From contig NEEC01000004.1 in the NCBI GenBank assembly GCA_002189035.1, positions 496,001 to 560,000 on the forward strand: a stretch of 64,000 bases of DNA, written 5' to 3'. Both the position numbers and the translations under genes were made by a program. This DNA comes from Utricularia gibba (lineage: Eukaryota; Plantae; Magnoliophyta). Below the pieces are notes generated by a model that saw only the letters and a program-made list of their open reading frames with translations, searched no databases and had not been told where the DNA came from. Of the stretch, positions 53,193 through 64,000 are shown piece by piece; position 1 is the first letter of the stretch; each line of letters opens with the position of its first letter.

Positions 53193-53914
53193 TTAGAGAG
53201 TGCAGGTGAAGCCCGGAGGTGGGGTCTTCCCGCAAGTGAGGAGAAGCTCGAGAGCGATGGGGAGATAGATGGTGAGATTGAGAGCCTTGATCTTTAAACT
53301 TGTGCAAAGGCACACGGCGGCTTCGATCTCCAGCAGCCCCGAAATCACCGGACAGCAGGTGTTCACAGCGGGGTCTCCGATCCCGATGTGCACCAAACCT
53401 CCCAGAAGGTCCACGCACGCCCCTAGCTTCAGGGTGTCGATGGGGCAGCTGGCCGGCTTCTCTGGTGGCGGCGGGCATGGCACCTCCGGAGTTGGGACGA
53501 CCGGCGGGAGAACCGGCACTTTCGGTACCGGAGGAACGGGAACTTTGGGCACGGTCACTGGAGGAGGAACGGGCACCTTGGGTACGGTCACTGGAGGAGG
53601 AACGGGGACTTTGGGCTCGGTCACCGGGGAGGAACGGGCACCTTGGGTACGGTCACGGGAGGATGAACGGGGACTTTAGGCTCAGTCACCGGAGGATGAA
53701 CAGGGACTTTAGGCTCAGTCACGGGAGGATGAACGGGGACTTTGGGGACGGGTTTAGGGTGTTTGGGATGCGGCTTGGGATGCGGCTTTGGATAAGGAAT
53801 GACTTTAGGGGGAGGAGCGCAGTCGAGCTTGACGTCTGCAGCGGAAGACAAGGTGGCGGAGAGGAGAAATGCAAGTAAAAGGGAGGCAACGTAGAAGGGA
53901 GACGCCATTCCCAT
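53193..53914 (-). CDS. Hybrid proline-rich cell-wall protein (HyPRP: signal peptide, Pro-rich repeats, 8-cysteine motif), intronless
   Basis: Signal peptide, PPVT(E/V)PKVPV decapeptide repeats, then CPIDTLKLGACVDLLGGL..CCP..AAVCLCT..LLLTCGKTPPPGFTC. One -1 frameshift at GGGG 53626-53629 joins the two ORFs. Confidence 0.93.
53530..53750 (-). repeat. 30-nt coding tandem repeat (PPVTxPKVPV)
   Basis: About six imperfect 30-nt units in the HyPRP Pro-rich region. Confidence 0.85.
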
Positions 53915-53974
53915 TTCTCCCAGCCGGAGAACACCTTCACTCAGGAATGCATTGAGAACGAGAGACGCATCAAG

Positions 53975-53982
53975 TTATATAG
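53975..53982 (-). promoter_or_regulatory. TATA box of HyPRP
   Basis: CTATATAA on the minus strand, about 60 nt upstream of ATG 53914. Confidence 0.7.
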
Positions 53983-54929
53983 AGGCGCAGTGCTTCTCCC
54001 CCATCCCATTTCTCTACAAAAACTATGTACTCCTAATCCACAGACTCTTCCTCAAACCCCAAAATCAAAACAAAATCAAATACAAAAAGAAACGCATCAA
54101 TAATTGACGATTTTTTTTTCAAATTTTGATAATGATCTCTGAAGAACCAAAGCTGCACGTGAACGCTGGGATGGCCTGCCAATTTTTGGTTAGTTGTCAC
54201 GTACCGCCATGCAATTTTCATCCCCTTTTTTTTCCATTTACTTTTTACTGTTTAGATCTGAAAAGAAAATGAAAAAAGAAAGAAAAATAGAGGACCACGA
54301 CTCACGAGAAGTAACAAAAATAAAATAGCAGAAATTTTTGTGGCTGAGAGGCGCTGGTTGAATCTCACTCATGGGAAATTTGTCCTAACGTTTCATGGCC
54401 GGTATCAGATCATTTGTCATGCTCAAGAACTCCTAACAGTGGTTTCGTTTGTTAATTTGTAGTTACTTTTTTTCCCTCCTAATCTAAAGTCTTGCGTTCC
54501 CCGTTGGTTTTATAAGGGAATGCGCAGTGGTGTAGCAAGCAGTTCTGAAGACGAAGGGAAGCTTTTAAAGGGTGTCTTAGAATGGAAAGATGGTGGTGGA
54601 GGACAGGGGAATGTGGGGGTGTTGGATCTTCTTTTGTTATGTTGTGCAGTCCGTGAGTGTTCCTTCACCAGCATGGCCATGGGGTCATCCTCATCTGCCC
54701 AACTGTTCACACATCTCAATGGTCTTATTATTTTGCGAAAAAAAAAAAAAACTGTCTTGGATCTACTGGTGCTCCTTCGAGGAGAAACAACTGACTAGTT
54801 TCTATTCATGGAATCAATGTCATGCATTCTTCAGGTTCCATACCACAGTAATTAATATATGGTGTTGCAATCACCTAACTCTTCAAGGATTTGGCAAAAC
54901 ATGATTCAGATGCAGCATCTCTGTATTCA

Positions 54930-55937
54930 TGCCTTCCATGGTTGGCTAAATGAGCCCGGGATGCTGAACTGGGGGTAGAGAACGGATTTCATCATCTGTG
55001 GATGCTGTGGGTAAACGCAGGCATGTTGTTGTTTAGAGATGGCAGTATTACAATCAAAGGTTTCAAGGCAACCTATAGAGTGAACATGATGAGATTTTCA
55101 GACATTGGAGAAGGCAAGCGTCATTCCCATATAGAAAAACACACGAACTAACACAAATGAGTGCATAATTCAAAAGTCTATGCAGATTTGCTTTCATGCA
55201 TGCAGTATACCAAAATATACAGCCGAATTGATGAGCAGTAAAAAGCATAAGCTATTTTGGATGACCTATGAATCATATTCATCCTGCGCTCAATGCACTT
55301 GATCACTGGCAATATTCTACTCTCTAGCGAGTCCTTGTGTATCAGACACGGCCCAATTATGAGTCCTTGGCAGTCGTCTAGCTAGTGGATGTATGCAGTA
55401 AGAAACATCAGCTCTAGATCTTGTAGCAGACAGGGTAGCCATTACAGCTGAAAGTTGGGAAGGAGTCAGTGAAATATCCGTGAAAAAAGTGTACATTTTC
55501 CCACATGCTAATCAATTTTGATGTACCTACTTCTAATGCCTCTCTTTTGCTGATCTTTCTTCATGATTCGTAGCCTTGACAATGGCAATGTCCGACTCCT
55601 GCAAGCGCAATGGTCAATAATATCCACATGTACTTCAAAAGATGATTATCCAGGTGACCATCCCTCTTCAGGCCATACATCTATAGGCTCAATGTGGATT
55701 ATCTTGCTATTTTTCCATTAAGGTGCACATGCAAATGGTGAATATCCAACTCATTGGTTTCATATGGAGGAACATATATGCATATGCTGATAACGAGAAT
55801 ACAAGAATGTACAAAAAAAAAAAAAAATCAATGCAACCTTGTAATCACTGTTTATTTTTGCTGGATTTAACAGTGGTGCTGTCCTTCAGAGGTCCAAGAG
55901 TTTTGCGCAAACCGTTCTGTGCCCCTCCACCCAACAT
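54930..55937 (-). pseudogene. Decayed ANTH/PICALM (clathrin assembly protein, At5g35200-like) pseudogene
   Basis: Exon 1 55937-55838: MLGGGAQNGLRKTLGPLKDSTTV[+1]AKINSDYK. Exon 2 55598-55531: ESDIAIVKATNHEERSAKERH[-2, TAG]. Exon 3 55447-55350: [32 protein letters not shown]. Exon 4 from 55072: VALKPLIVIL, then homology breaks. GT-AG sites are retained. Confidence 0.85.
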
Positions 55938-57985
55938 TGTATTCAAGACCTACGGTATCGGAACCAGTAAATTTCCCAGTTTGCATCCTACATTATTGTT
56001 TCTTGATGTATCATAAAAAAGGCTATAAAAGAGCGATGGTTACAAGATCTAGGACTGCTGATCTATGCAGAATGAAAACCATCAAAGAACATTAAGATTC
56101 AGTCTCAAAAAACCATCCAGATCTCCATACAACACGCAATCAAACATAACATTCCTCCTCCAACCATTAAGAATCAGAAGCATGAAGAAAGTTTAAGCAA
56201 CTTGCAGAAATTCAATTAAAACGTACAAAAACCTACAAACCAATGCCAAATTAGATAACAATGAAAAGCATACTCCCATGAAAACAAAGCCCATGAGATT
56301 CCGACGAAAACGAAGGAAAGATCTATAACACTTACCCACGAAGAGCTTGAGCTCAGAAACCACATAGAAAGGTTATCCTTGCCAGAATACACAGGGCAAT
56401 AGTAGCATTCCAGATGCAAGTACCCAAAAAAGTCGGATCTTCAGCAACCAAATGAGGTGGCCGAAAAGAGGGTTATGTGGAAAGCCCTTTTCTTGGTGGA
56501 TTCTTCGTAGAAATGAAAGAATCGCTCTCTACTACAACTAGAGTTGTGTAAAGGTAGATCATTTTGTCCCGTCGGCCGATTCATTTTACTTGCAAAAATA
56601 TAAATGTTAGCCGGTGAAAGACAACGGTAAAGTACAGCTTCAGCTACCATTCGAGGTCAATATCGCTCTTAACGAATTGATTTCTAATAGTCGATCTACC
56701 TGATTTAACTTCAGCTCACACTCATCTTCTCATGAAGCCAGCTCCGTGGGTAACAAACAAAGACAGAACCTTGACAACTTGGTCGTCCAAAATTCAATCT
56801 GTCTCCCAATCAACATGGATTTAGTACGAAGTTCGGGGATTTTTCTTCAAAAAAAAAAAAATCAAGCTATTGATATCAGCAGTTAGAACAGAACAAATTT
56901 CTATCATAATTGGACTCGACTTTTCTACGCTGACCAGAATCGCTCGACCTTTGAATCTATTCCAGAAAATCCAAGGCTGAGTTGATTGTCGAAAAAGACT
57001 GTCAAAGGCGTAACCTTTTTCTCCATTCGTCCAATAAAGTCTCGAAAAATGCGAACCCCTTGTTCCGAATCGTTGCTATTATAGGGCAATATAATATGGC
57101 GAAGGGAGCCCATTGCCTGCTGTTCTGATGTAATGAATCTTCTTCGTTGCTTTTATATGTTTCTACGACTGCAGCTTACCGTTGGTTATCTATCTCTATT
57201 TTAGCTCTGGGGCTTCCAGTAACATTGAATTAGATCTGAGTTGGTCTTCAAGTTGTCCTCTTATGAAGTTCTAGTGGATTTTCTCTGTCGCGGATTTTTT
57301 GCTCAAGTTGCTGGAACTCTTGTTTTTCCTTGTCTGCTGCGGAAGGTACGAATGAAGAGCGTGCCCATTAATTGGCCCGTTTCTGAAGTGTTTCAAGGTC
57401 TTTTTTAGATAGGTTTGGCATTCTTTTGATTTTGATTAATCCTTTTGGGATCTGCAAAGCTTCCATTTTGACCTAAAAAGATGTCAATTAAAATCTACTA
57501 TTCTTTTCGCTGGTTCAGTAGTATCTTGTGAATTTAATTGAATTCCGAGGTTTCTCAAGATTCGTAGAATGTTGCGTCTATGTTCAGACGAATTCCAAGA
57601 CGGCAGAAAGTTGTTGTTTTCAACGGCAAGGCTTGAAGCTTTATCTGCGTTCCTCTGAAAAACTCGGTTTATTCTTGGACAGACTGCTGGCACAAAGTTG
57701 TAAGATTTTCAACTGCAAAACTCGACACTTCATTCACATTCTAGAGTATGTGTAGGGTTCAGGGACAGCATATCTTTATTTATGTTGTTATCTTTCTTCA
57801 TGAATTCCGACTGTTCGGCCTATTCTACAGGTAGTTCATGAACTTGCCGATCTTGAATGATGGCGAGCTTTGAAGTGTGCAAGCGACTTCGAATCAAACT
57901 TTCTTGGCTTGCCATGGCAGGCCATGTCTAAGGGTGTCCATCCCTGCGGAGCTTCATTGTATATGGGATTTTTTTTATATAGAAA

Positions 57986-60645
57986 ATGCTGCTTCTTTTG
58001 CTGATCATATATGTCCTCGCGCAATCATCAACTGTTTCGGCTGGTAGACCTGTGAAGAATTTTACAAATTGCAGAACATACTCTGTTGGCCACAGTGATG
58101 GTCCTGTTCGTGAATTATTTTATATAGATGGGAAATTGGTGGGAAAAAAAGATTTCTGTGAAGCTTTGCGTGACTACAAAGAGCGTGATTGCTTCCATGC
58201 AGTGCAAACCAGAAATCAATACTGTCATGAATTCGGTATCTATTTTAGCACTTAGCATTTCCCAAGTCAAGATTGTACCATAGTGCATTGTTCTCTAAGC
58301 ATATTTTGTATTTTTAAAACTTGCAGACAGGTTGCTCCTGTTGGAAGGAGCACAGACTCTAAAACCTGCAGTTGAAGAGGGATATCATGGGGTCGACACT
58401 GACAAAGGATCAATCAATCAGAGTGCTAAATATTCTGGCTCTTTATTTAAACCGAAAATGCTGGCCATGGCTGTACCAGCAATCTTTCTATTAGGTTGTG
58501 GTTTATTATGCCCATGTTTCCAAGCAAAGAAAAGGGATGGTGACTGTACTGCTATTTCTAAGGAGCCAAATTCAAGTGAGGACATTAACATCAGCTTTTA
58601 TTTCAATCGTATCATTATCTGTTGAAGAGGAAGAATAATATGAAAGTCCAACTTGTTTACTATTTTGTGCATAACTTGCGCAGCCAAGTTCTCTTTGAAT
58701 GGTTTATTGTATTTTTTTTCCCTCTGTTCTCAAAGCCTCGTCAGTTGATTGATTGTAATGCTTCTTCCTGCCCTTATCATTTTTCAAAAATGTAAACACA
58801 TATTGTGTGGTTTGTTTGGAAAAGTTTTAGAGGCCTACTTAGTCCTCATCTAATAGTACCTTCACTTTTCTTGTCCAAGTTTTCCTTGTAATCTCAAAAT
58901 TTTTGAGTTAAAAAGATTTTATACTTCACGTGTTGCTCCCTATTTAAAATGCTTTTTCATTGTTTCTGCAGTGGACATATTGCCACCGATGGATATTAAT
59001 AATGTTTTTGAAAGGTTTCCCGGAAGTGCATTGGGAGTGCCACCGAGTCCATCAAGGGTGCCACCTAGTCCATCAAGAGTACCACCTAGTCCATCAAGAG
59101 TACCACCTAGTCCGTCAAGATTTTCAATGTCTCCGAAACTCAATAGAATTGGATCTCTTCATTTTAATGTCAAACAAATTTCAAGGGCTACGCAGAACTT
59201 CTCTCCATCAATGCTGATAGGTAGTGGAGGCTTTGGGGATGTATATAAGGCTGAGCTACCAGATGGAAGAGTTGTTGCTGTCAAGCGAGCAAGAAAGGTA
59301 TGTTTTTTATATGTTGTGTGCTACCAAAACTGCAACCCTCTTTGCAGTCAAGAGGAACCCTCAACACATGTACCACTAGGTGATCTATGGCCTGGGTTCA
59401 GACATGGTTTACGTATCCTATCCACTTGTATTCTCATGGATGCTGATAAAGCATACATTTTCAAAGTTAAATGTTGTTTGCATATTCTTGCTTTGAAACT
59501 AAAAAAAACTTTTCAGTAGCTTGTTTTAAGATGGATTTTTGTTCTTGATTGTTGAGCAGGAAAACATTGAAGCCCTGCATATTCAATTCAGAACTGAGGT
59601 TGATCTTCTAGCTAAAACAGATCATCGGAACCTGGTGAAGCTTCTTGATTACATCGAAAAAGGGGATGAACGCTTGATTATCACAGAGTATGTACCCAAT
59701 GGTAACCTTAGAGAGCACCTGGATGGTATGCATTTTAAACCTGGAAATCATGTTCTGGCTCACATGTAGAAAATTTTCACCAACCATTTTATGAGTTCTC
59801 TTGATAGGTCTTAAGAAAAAGATACTCAGTTTCTGTCAACGACTTGAGATTGCTATCGACGTTGCTCATGGTCTCACGTACCTCCATTTGTATGCTGGTA
59901 ACCTGGTTCACCCAATTGACTTGCCAAGTTATCTTCATTCTTGGCCAACTTTGTTTCCTCCTTCCTCTGACCTGTTATTGCTGTGTTGAATATACTATTG
60001 CAGAGAAGCAAATCATCCACCGAGATGTGAAGTCTTCTAATGTACTCTTGACTGATGGCCTGAGAGCTAAAGTTGCGGATTTCGGTTTTGCTAGACTTGA
60101 TGACGACTCCCACATACACACCAAAGTAAGAGGCACCATGGGCTACCTTGATCCTGAGTACATGCGGTCTAACCTTCTCACAAGCAAAAGTGATGTCTAC
60201 TCCTTTGGGATATTACTGCTTGAGATTCTCACTGGTCGTCGCCCTGTTGACATGGATCGACCACTAGAGGAGAGAGTGACTATAAAATGGGTAGGTTCTA
60301 CGAGACTGGTCACACTGAACAAATGACACAAGACATGAACTTTTGCATGCATGGTCCATTCTTGGTGCTTCTTTATTCTGTTTTGAAACGAATTCGTTGC
60401 GCATCCAGGCTTTCAGGAAGTACAGGAAAGGAAGGGTAGCAGAAATGCTGGATCCTCGGATGAGAGAACGCGTGGATGAGGAAATCTTGATGAACATATT
60501 TAACGTGGTCATCTGTTGCGCTGCCCCTAAGCAGACCGATCGGCCAGACATGAAAACTGTTGGAGAGCTGCTATGGGGAATCAGAATGGATTACTTGAAA
60601 AGAAAGGGAAGACTTGAAACAGGGGCTGAAACTGTTAGCTCCTAG
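57986..60645 (+). CDS. Calmodulin-binding receptor-like cytoplasmic kinase (CRCK3-like) with signal peptide and TM segment
   Basis: Hydrophobic N-terminus, TM segment [87 protein letters not shown] and SDVYSFG. Confidence 0.9.
59037..59120 (+). repeat. Four tandem 21-nt coding repeats (VPPSPSR)
   Basis: GT(G/A)CCACC(G/T)AGTCC(A/G)TCAAG(G/A) x4, in frame within the kinase juxtamembrane exon. Confidence 0.93.
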
Positions 60646-61211
60646 ACAATGTTGCAGCCTTCTCCCATCATTCCAGGTTCATATGATTAAACCAAACCTT
60701 CAGTTGTCTGCCCCTGAGTCAGCTCCGGCAGCCATATCACCGAGTGCGTTTGCTTGTACCTTTCTTGAGTTGAAATGCTTGTATGAAATTTGTTTGTGGT
60801 CATTCCCCTGTGACAGAAACGGTTTTCCAGGAGCACTTTTCTGCAGGCTGGTGCTGTGCCTTTAGGATCTGGATTAGAACAAGAGTGTTCATGTGGCGTA
60901 CATATTCAAAATATGAGTGTACGAAAGTTGTACCTTTCTTTGAACTGTCTTGTTACAGACCTCGTTGTCATTGCCATTGCCATGGTGGCTTGTCCAGTTT
61001 TGGGTCTCAGAAATCCAAGTAACCAAAGCTGCAAATGCTACTACATTAACAGACAGAAGAAAACCAAAATGAAAAAGGGTTTAGCAATTCCAGACCCCGT
61101 CTTCTGAGGCATGCGCCTGTTCTGCAAGTTCGAACAAAACAAAGACGCATCTTTAATCCAGTGGACCATTGGCCTCTGTTCCCTGATTCATCGTCTCTAG
61201 ACCACCCTAGC

Positions 61212-61349
61212 TACAGGTGGACACGGCCCGTGTCACGGCCCCAAGCTGGGCTGAGCTTATACTCAGGCACGCACCTCAGGCTCATTGGGATTTTAGATTA
61301 GATTTTGGCACGCCGGCCTTAAAAGCTTGCTAGCCCGTGTCCGCTTCTA
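61212..61349. mobile_element. Possible degenerate hAT-like MITE between the kinase and ARPC3 3' ends
   Basis: Imperfect 17-bp inverted termini TACAGGTGGACACGGCC versus TAGAAGCGGACACGGGC (reverse complement), with internal CACGGCCC/GGCACG motifs. No convincing 8-bp TSD. Confidence 0.3.
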
Positions 61350-61575
61350 ACCCAAATGAGGAAGCCATTTTTGCCCAAACACTTACCCTGCAGCCCGACC
61401 ACAAAAACTGTTTTTTAAAAAAAGCTGTGTCCTTGTGGTCGGCCCTGAGGTGCTACTTCAGATATTTACGTGTATATATACCTTGATCCCAAAATGCTAT
61501 CTGTAAGAAATTGTCCGTAGAACATTTATCAATGGAGTGTATCGAATATTCCCCGATTTGAACCATACAATAAAC

Positions 61576-62728
61576 TTACAAACACAGCAGGAAGAGAAAG
61601 GAGGTAAGTGGCCAACTAATTGCTGGGGTGATGACATTCATAAACTTCCTCTTAGCAAATGCCAGCCACCACTTGTTTGGCGTCCCGTTCAATCTGTATG
61701 CAACACTTAGTAATCGTCCGCTGGTTTCTTCCCTGATCTGCTTCAAGTAATTTCGAAACAGCTCTGCAATAAAGACCATCGAAAGCCCTATTAGTAGTGA
61801 TCCTTGCGGGGGTTTTGATACCTTTCAACAAAAAAGTACTTGAACACAACCAAATCAACAGGCACTTGTGCGTATTGCCGTTCGAGGGATAAATGTGTGA
61901 GCAGATACAATGCATGTTTCTAATATTTCAGATACCAGAGCCAGGCAGAGAAGAATAGGTGTCTGGTGTCTGCTATTTCACATAAACACTTAGTTTCATC
62001 CGCGAAGTTCGAAGTACTGGAGCAAAGAAAAGGTGCAGGTTTTTGGTTGAAGGACGAACCTGCTTCTTTTTGAGATTGGGGAAGAGCAAAAAGCCCCGGG
62101 AAAGGGAATCCATGTTCTCCAGGGACGGGAACCTTTTCCAATCCCAGATTGATAATGGCCTTAGTTCCTTCAGCCAATGTCCTGCAACCTTCCAGCCTCT
62201 TTAGTGCAGTATTTATATAAAATGTGAGATAAATAAGAAGCTTATCAGCTGAACTCTGGATGTCGAAGTTTCTGAAAAAGACATTGGCACGAAAAAATGT
62301 AATTGCTTCATCGACGATATCTGTGCTATCTGCAAATCCCACAAACAAATTCTATAAAAATCCATGCTTTCCATAAAAAATGTGATTTACTTGCGACAAA
62401 GGCACCTTGCTCAGACGCCGGAGCTGGTCCTTTTATGTGACTCTTCAGGGGAAGCAGTGGACAGCCGCATGCTCTAGCGGTTTCTTCATCGTCCACAAAA
62501 CTTGAGTGGTAAACCTGCAGTTTGCAAATTCAGAAAATGTTTTCCAATTCCCTGCCAGGATCTTACACAAACTACAAAGGAAATAATCTATAATCCCGAA
62601 ACCAACCAGACAAAACTGTAAATCCCAAAAGAAAAACCCATATTTTGGACATCAAACAACGAGGAATTGAAGCTTATACAACGTAATAATCCCAAAAAAT
62701 TAGCCAACTTTCAAGCAATACTCACCAT
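61576..62728 (-). CDS. ARPC3: Actin-related protein 2/3 complex subunit 3 (p21-Arc)
   Basis: ATG-only first exon (62728-62726), VYHSSFVDDE..CGCPLLPLKSHIKGPAP, DIVDEAITFFRANVFFRNF, ADKLLIYLTFYI, ELFRNYLKQIREETSGRL and KWWLAFAKRKFMN. Confidence 0.95.
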
Positions 62729-63270
62729 GTCAAAAGTTAGCCTACACAGGATCTCGCTTCTGCAAATTGGTATTCGATGATCCAAATAGCAACGATCCAC
62801 AACTAAATCAAACGCAGCGTTCAAGAGAAGCAGATACCCTGAAACGCTGCTCAGAATTTCGCGATTCCCAAACAAGAAAACAATCGCAAGTTCTTTCTCC
62901 TTCCCAAAATTATTATTTTAATTTTTTAATAGTATTCCATTTTTAATTAATTTAAATACATTCGGGTTTACTTTCTACTGCTTTGAAGAAGAAACAGAAA
63001 GAAACAATGCCAAGCCAACACAAATGATAAATCTGAGCTGAACTTCGGCATGGATTCTGTGTATAGCAGCAGCACATCAAATACCGGGGCTTCTTCTTCT
63101 TCCAATATGAAACCAGAAAAGGGAAAACAACAAGATGATTCATCGGCCAATATCAGTAGATAGACACTTCATGTGTACGTACAGCTCCTTGGACTCTTTG
63201 ATCTAAACAGATCCTAAATCCAGAATATTTGTGATCAAGTTGAGATACTGGAGCATCGTTCAAACATCAC

Positions 63271-64000
63271 CTACGAGGACGACGACGTCTGGCCTAAGCA
63301 AACAGGGCAAGGAGGGTCGCGCTTATGTTCAATTCTTGTTTTCTGTTCAAGACAGTCTGCGTGGTATGCGTGTCCACAAACCAAAACTGCCACAGAGCTG
63401 AAGGGGTTCTTCCTCAAGCCTTCCTGACAAAGCCTGCACTCCATCTTCCTTGTATTCCCATAAATCTCGTTTGGTAGAAACAGTCTCGACCTTATCCTCT
63501 CCGGTTTTATTAATGTTCTGTCCCGGCGCCCTGAAACCCAATGCACCACAAGTGAGATTCATAAGAAAGTTGAATGAAAGGAGTTCATCATTGTTTCATT
63601 CGGCTGACCTACACTGCATTATGACACATACATGAATGAAAGTAAAAAGACGCTGCATCAGAACTTTCTTTTTAAAAATGAAGTAAACAACATGGCGTTG
63701 GACTCAATGGATACATCTCAGAACTCAGAACTTGTAGTTAGGAGTTGGGGGTTTTTTTTTTAAAGGGAAGATGTAAGCATATCAGTTGTTCGGATGCTAA
63801 CAATAGAGTAAAGAACGATAAGGGAAACCTCCAAAGTCCAAAAGGCCTTTATTTTCCAGTTTGAATGAGAACTTAGTATCATAAGCTGTAGAGCCCTTCC
63901 AATGAGAAGGCGATGCATCTGAATTAATAGAAGAGCCTCTTCTGGAATATAAGCGACCAAAGGGATAACGAGAATGTTTCGCCAATTTTGCCCGGCCAGA
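63271..64000 (-). CDS. Uncharacterised plant RING-like zinc-finger protein; 5' part lies outside the window
   Basis: Last exon PERIRSR..MECRLCQ..SVAVLVCGHAYHADCLEQKT..RDPPCPVC*. Upstream exon KHSRYPFGRLYSRRGSS..SFKL joins it in frame through a phase-1 GT-AG intron. Confidence 0.75.

Noticed and set aside
53110-53940. Several long alternative-frame and antisense ORFs over HyPRP
   Set aside because: They are by-products of the GC-rich 30-nt repeat, which lacks stop codons in other frames.
56925-57113. 62-aa minus-strand ORF MGSLRHIIL.. near the CRCK promoter
   Set aside because: No recognisable homology. It lies in the likely divergent promoter/leader region between the ANTH pseudogene and the kinase.

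Overview
Eukaryotic nuclear DNA from a very gene-dense eudicot genome. There are 16 spliced or single-exon protein-coding genes in 64 kb with mostly short GT-AG introns; a compact genome such as Lentibulariaceae is plausible but is inference only. Genes in order: ABCG32/PEC1-like PDR transporter (-, runs off the left edge), FATB (-), NUDT20/24-like Nudix hydrolase (+), polyol transporter (+), NUP136/NUP82-family nucleoporin-like (-), GH17 beta-1,3-glucanase (+), WDR11 (+), membrane-anchored CML (-), DAYSLEEPER-like domesticated hAT (+), RFS6/DIN10-like GH36 enzyme (+), CNOT10 (+), Lunapark (+), hybrid proline-rich protein (-), CRCK-like kinase (+), ARPC3 (-) and a RING-like protein (-, runs off the right edge). 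Features missed by the ORF track: a MIR396 hairpin with a GGACCA (TCP-like) 7-mer array about 1.4 kb upstream, a decayed and probably internally deleted ANTH/PICALM pseudogene, a 767-bp Mutator-like MITE with a perfect 10-bp TSD, an in-frame upstream exon of the RFS6-like gene whose codons spell a TATA box, and a duplicated splice donor in WDR11. At least seven -1 frameshifts in conserved genes fall at or beside short homopolymers and are best explained as long-read consensus errors. No rRNA, tRNA or CRISPR array was seen. I found no evidence for a wholly new multi-gene system; the best leads are regulatory.
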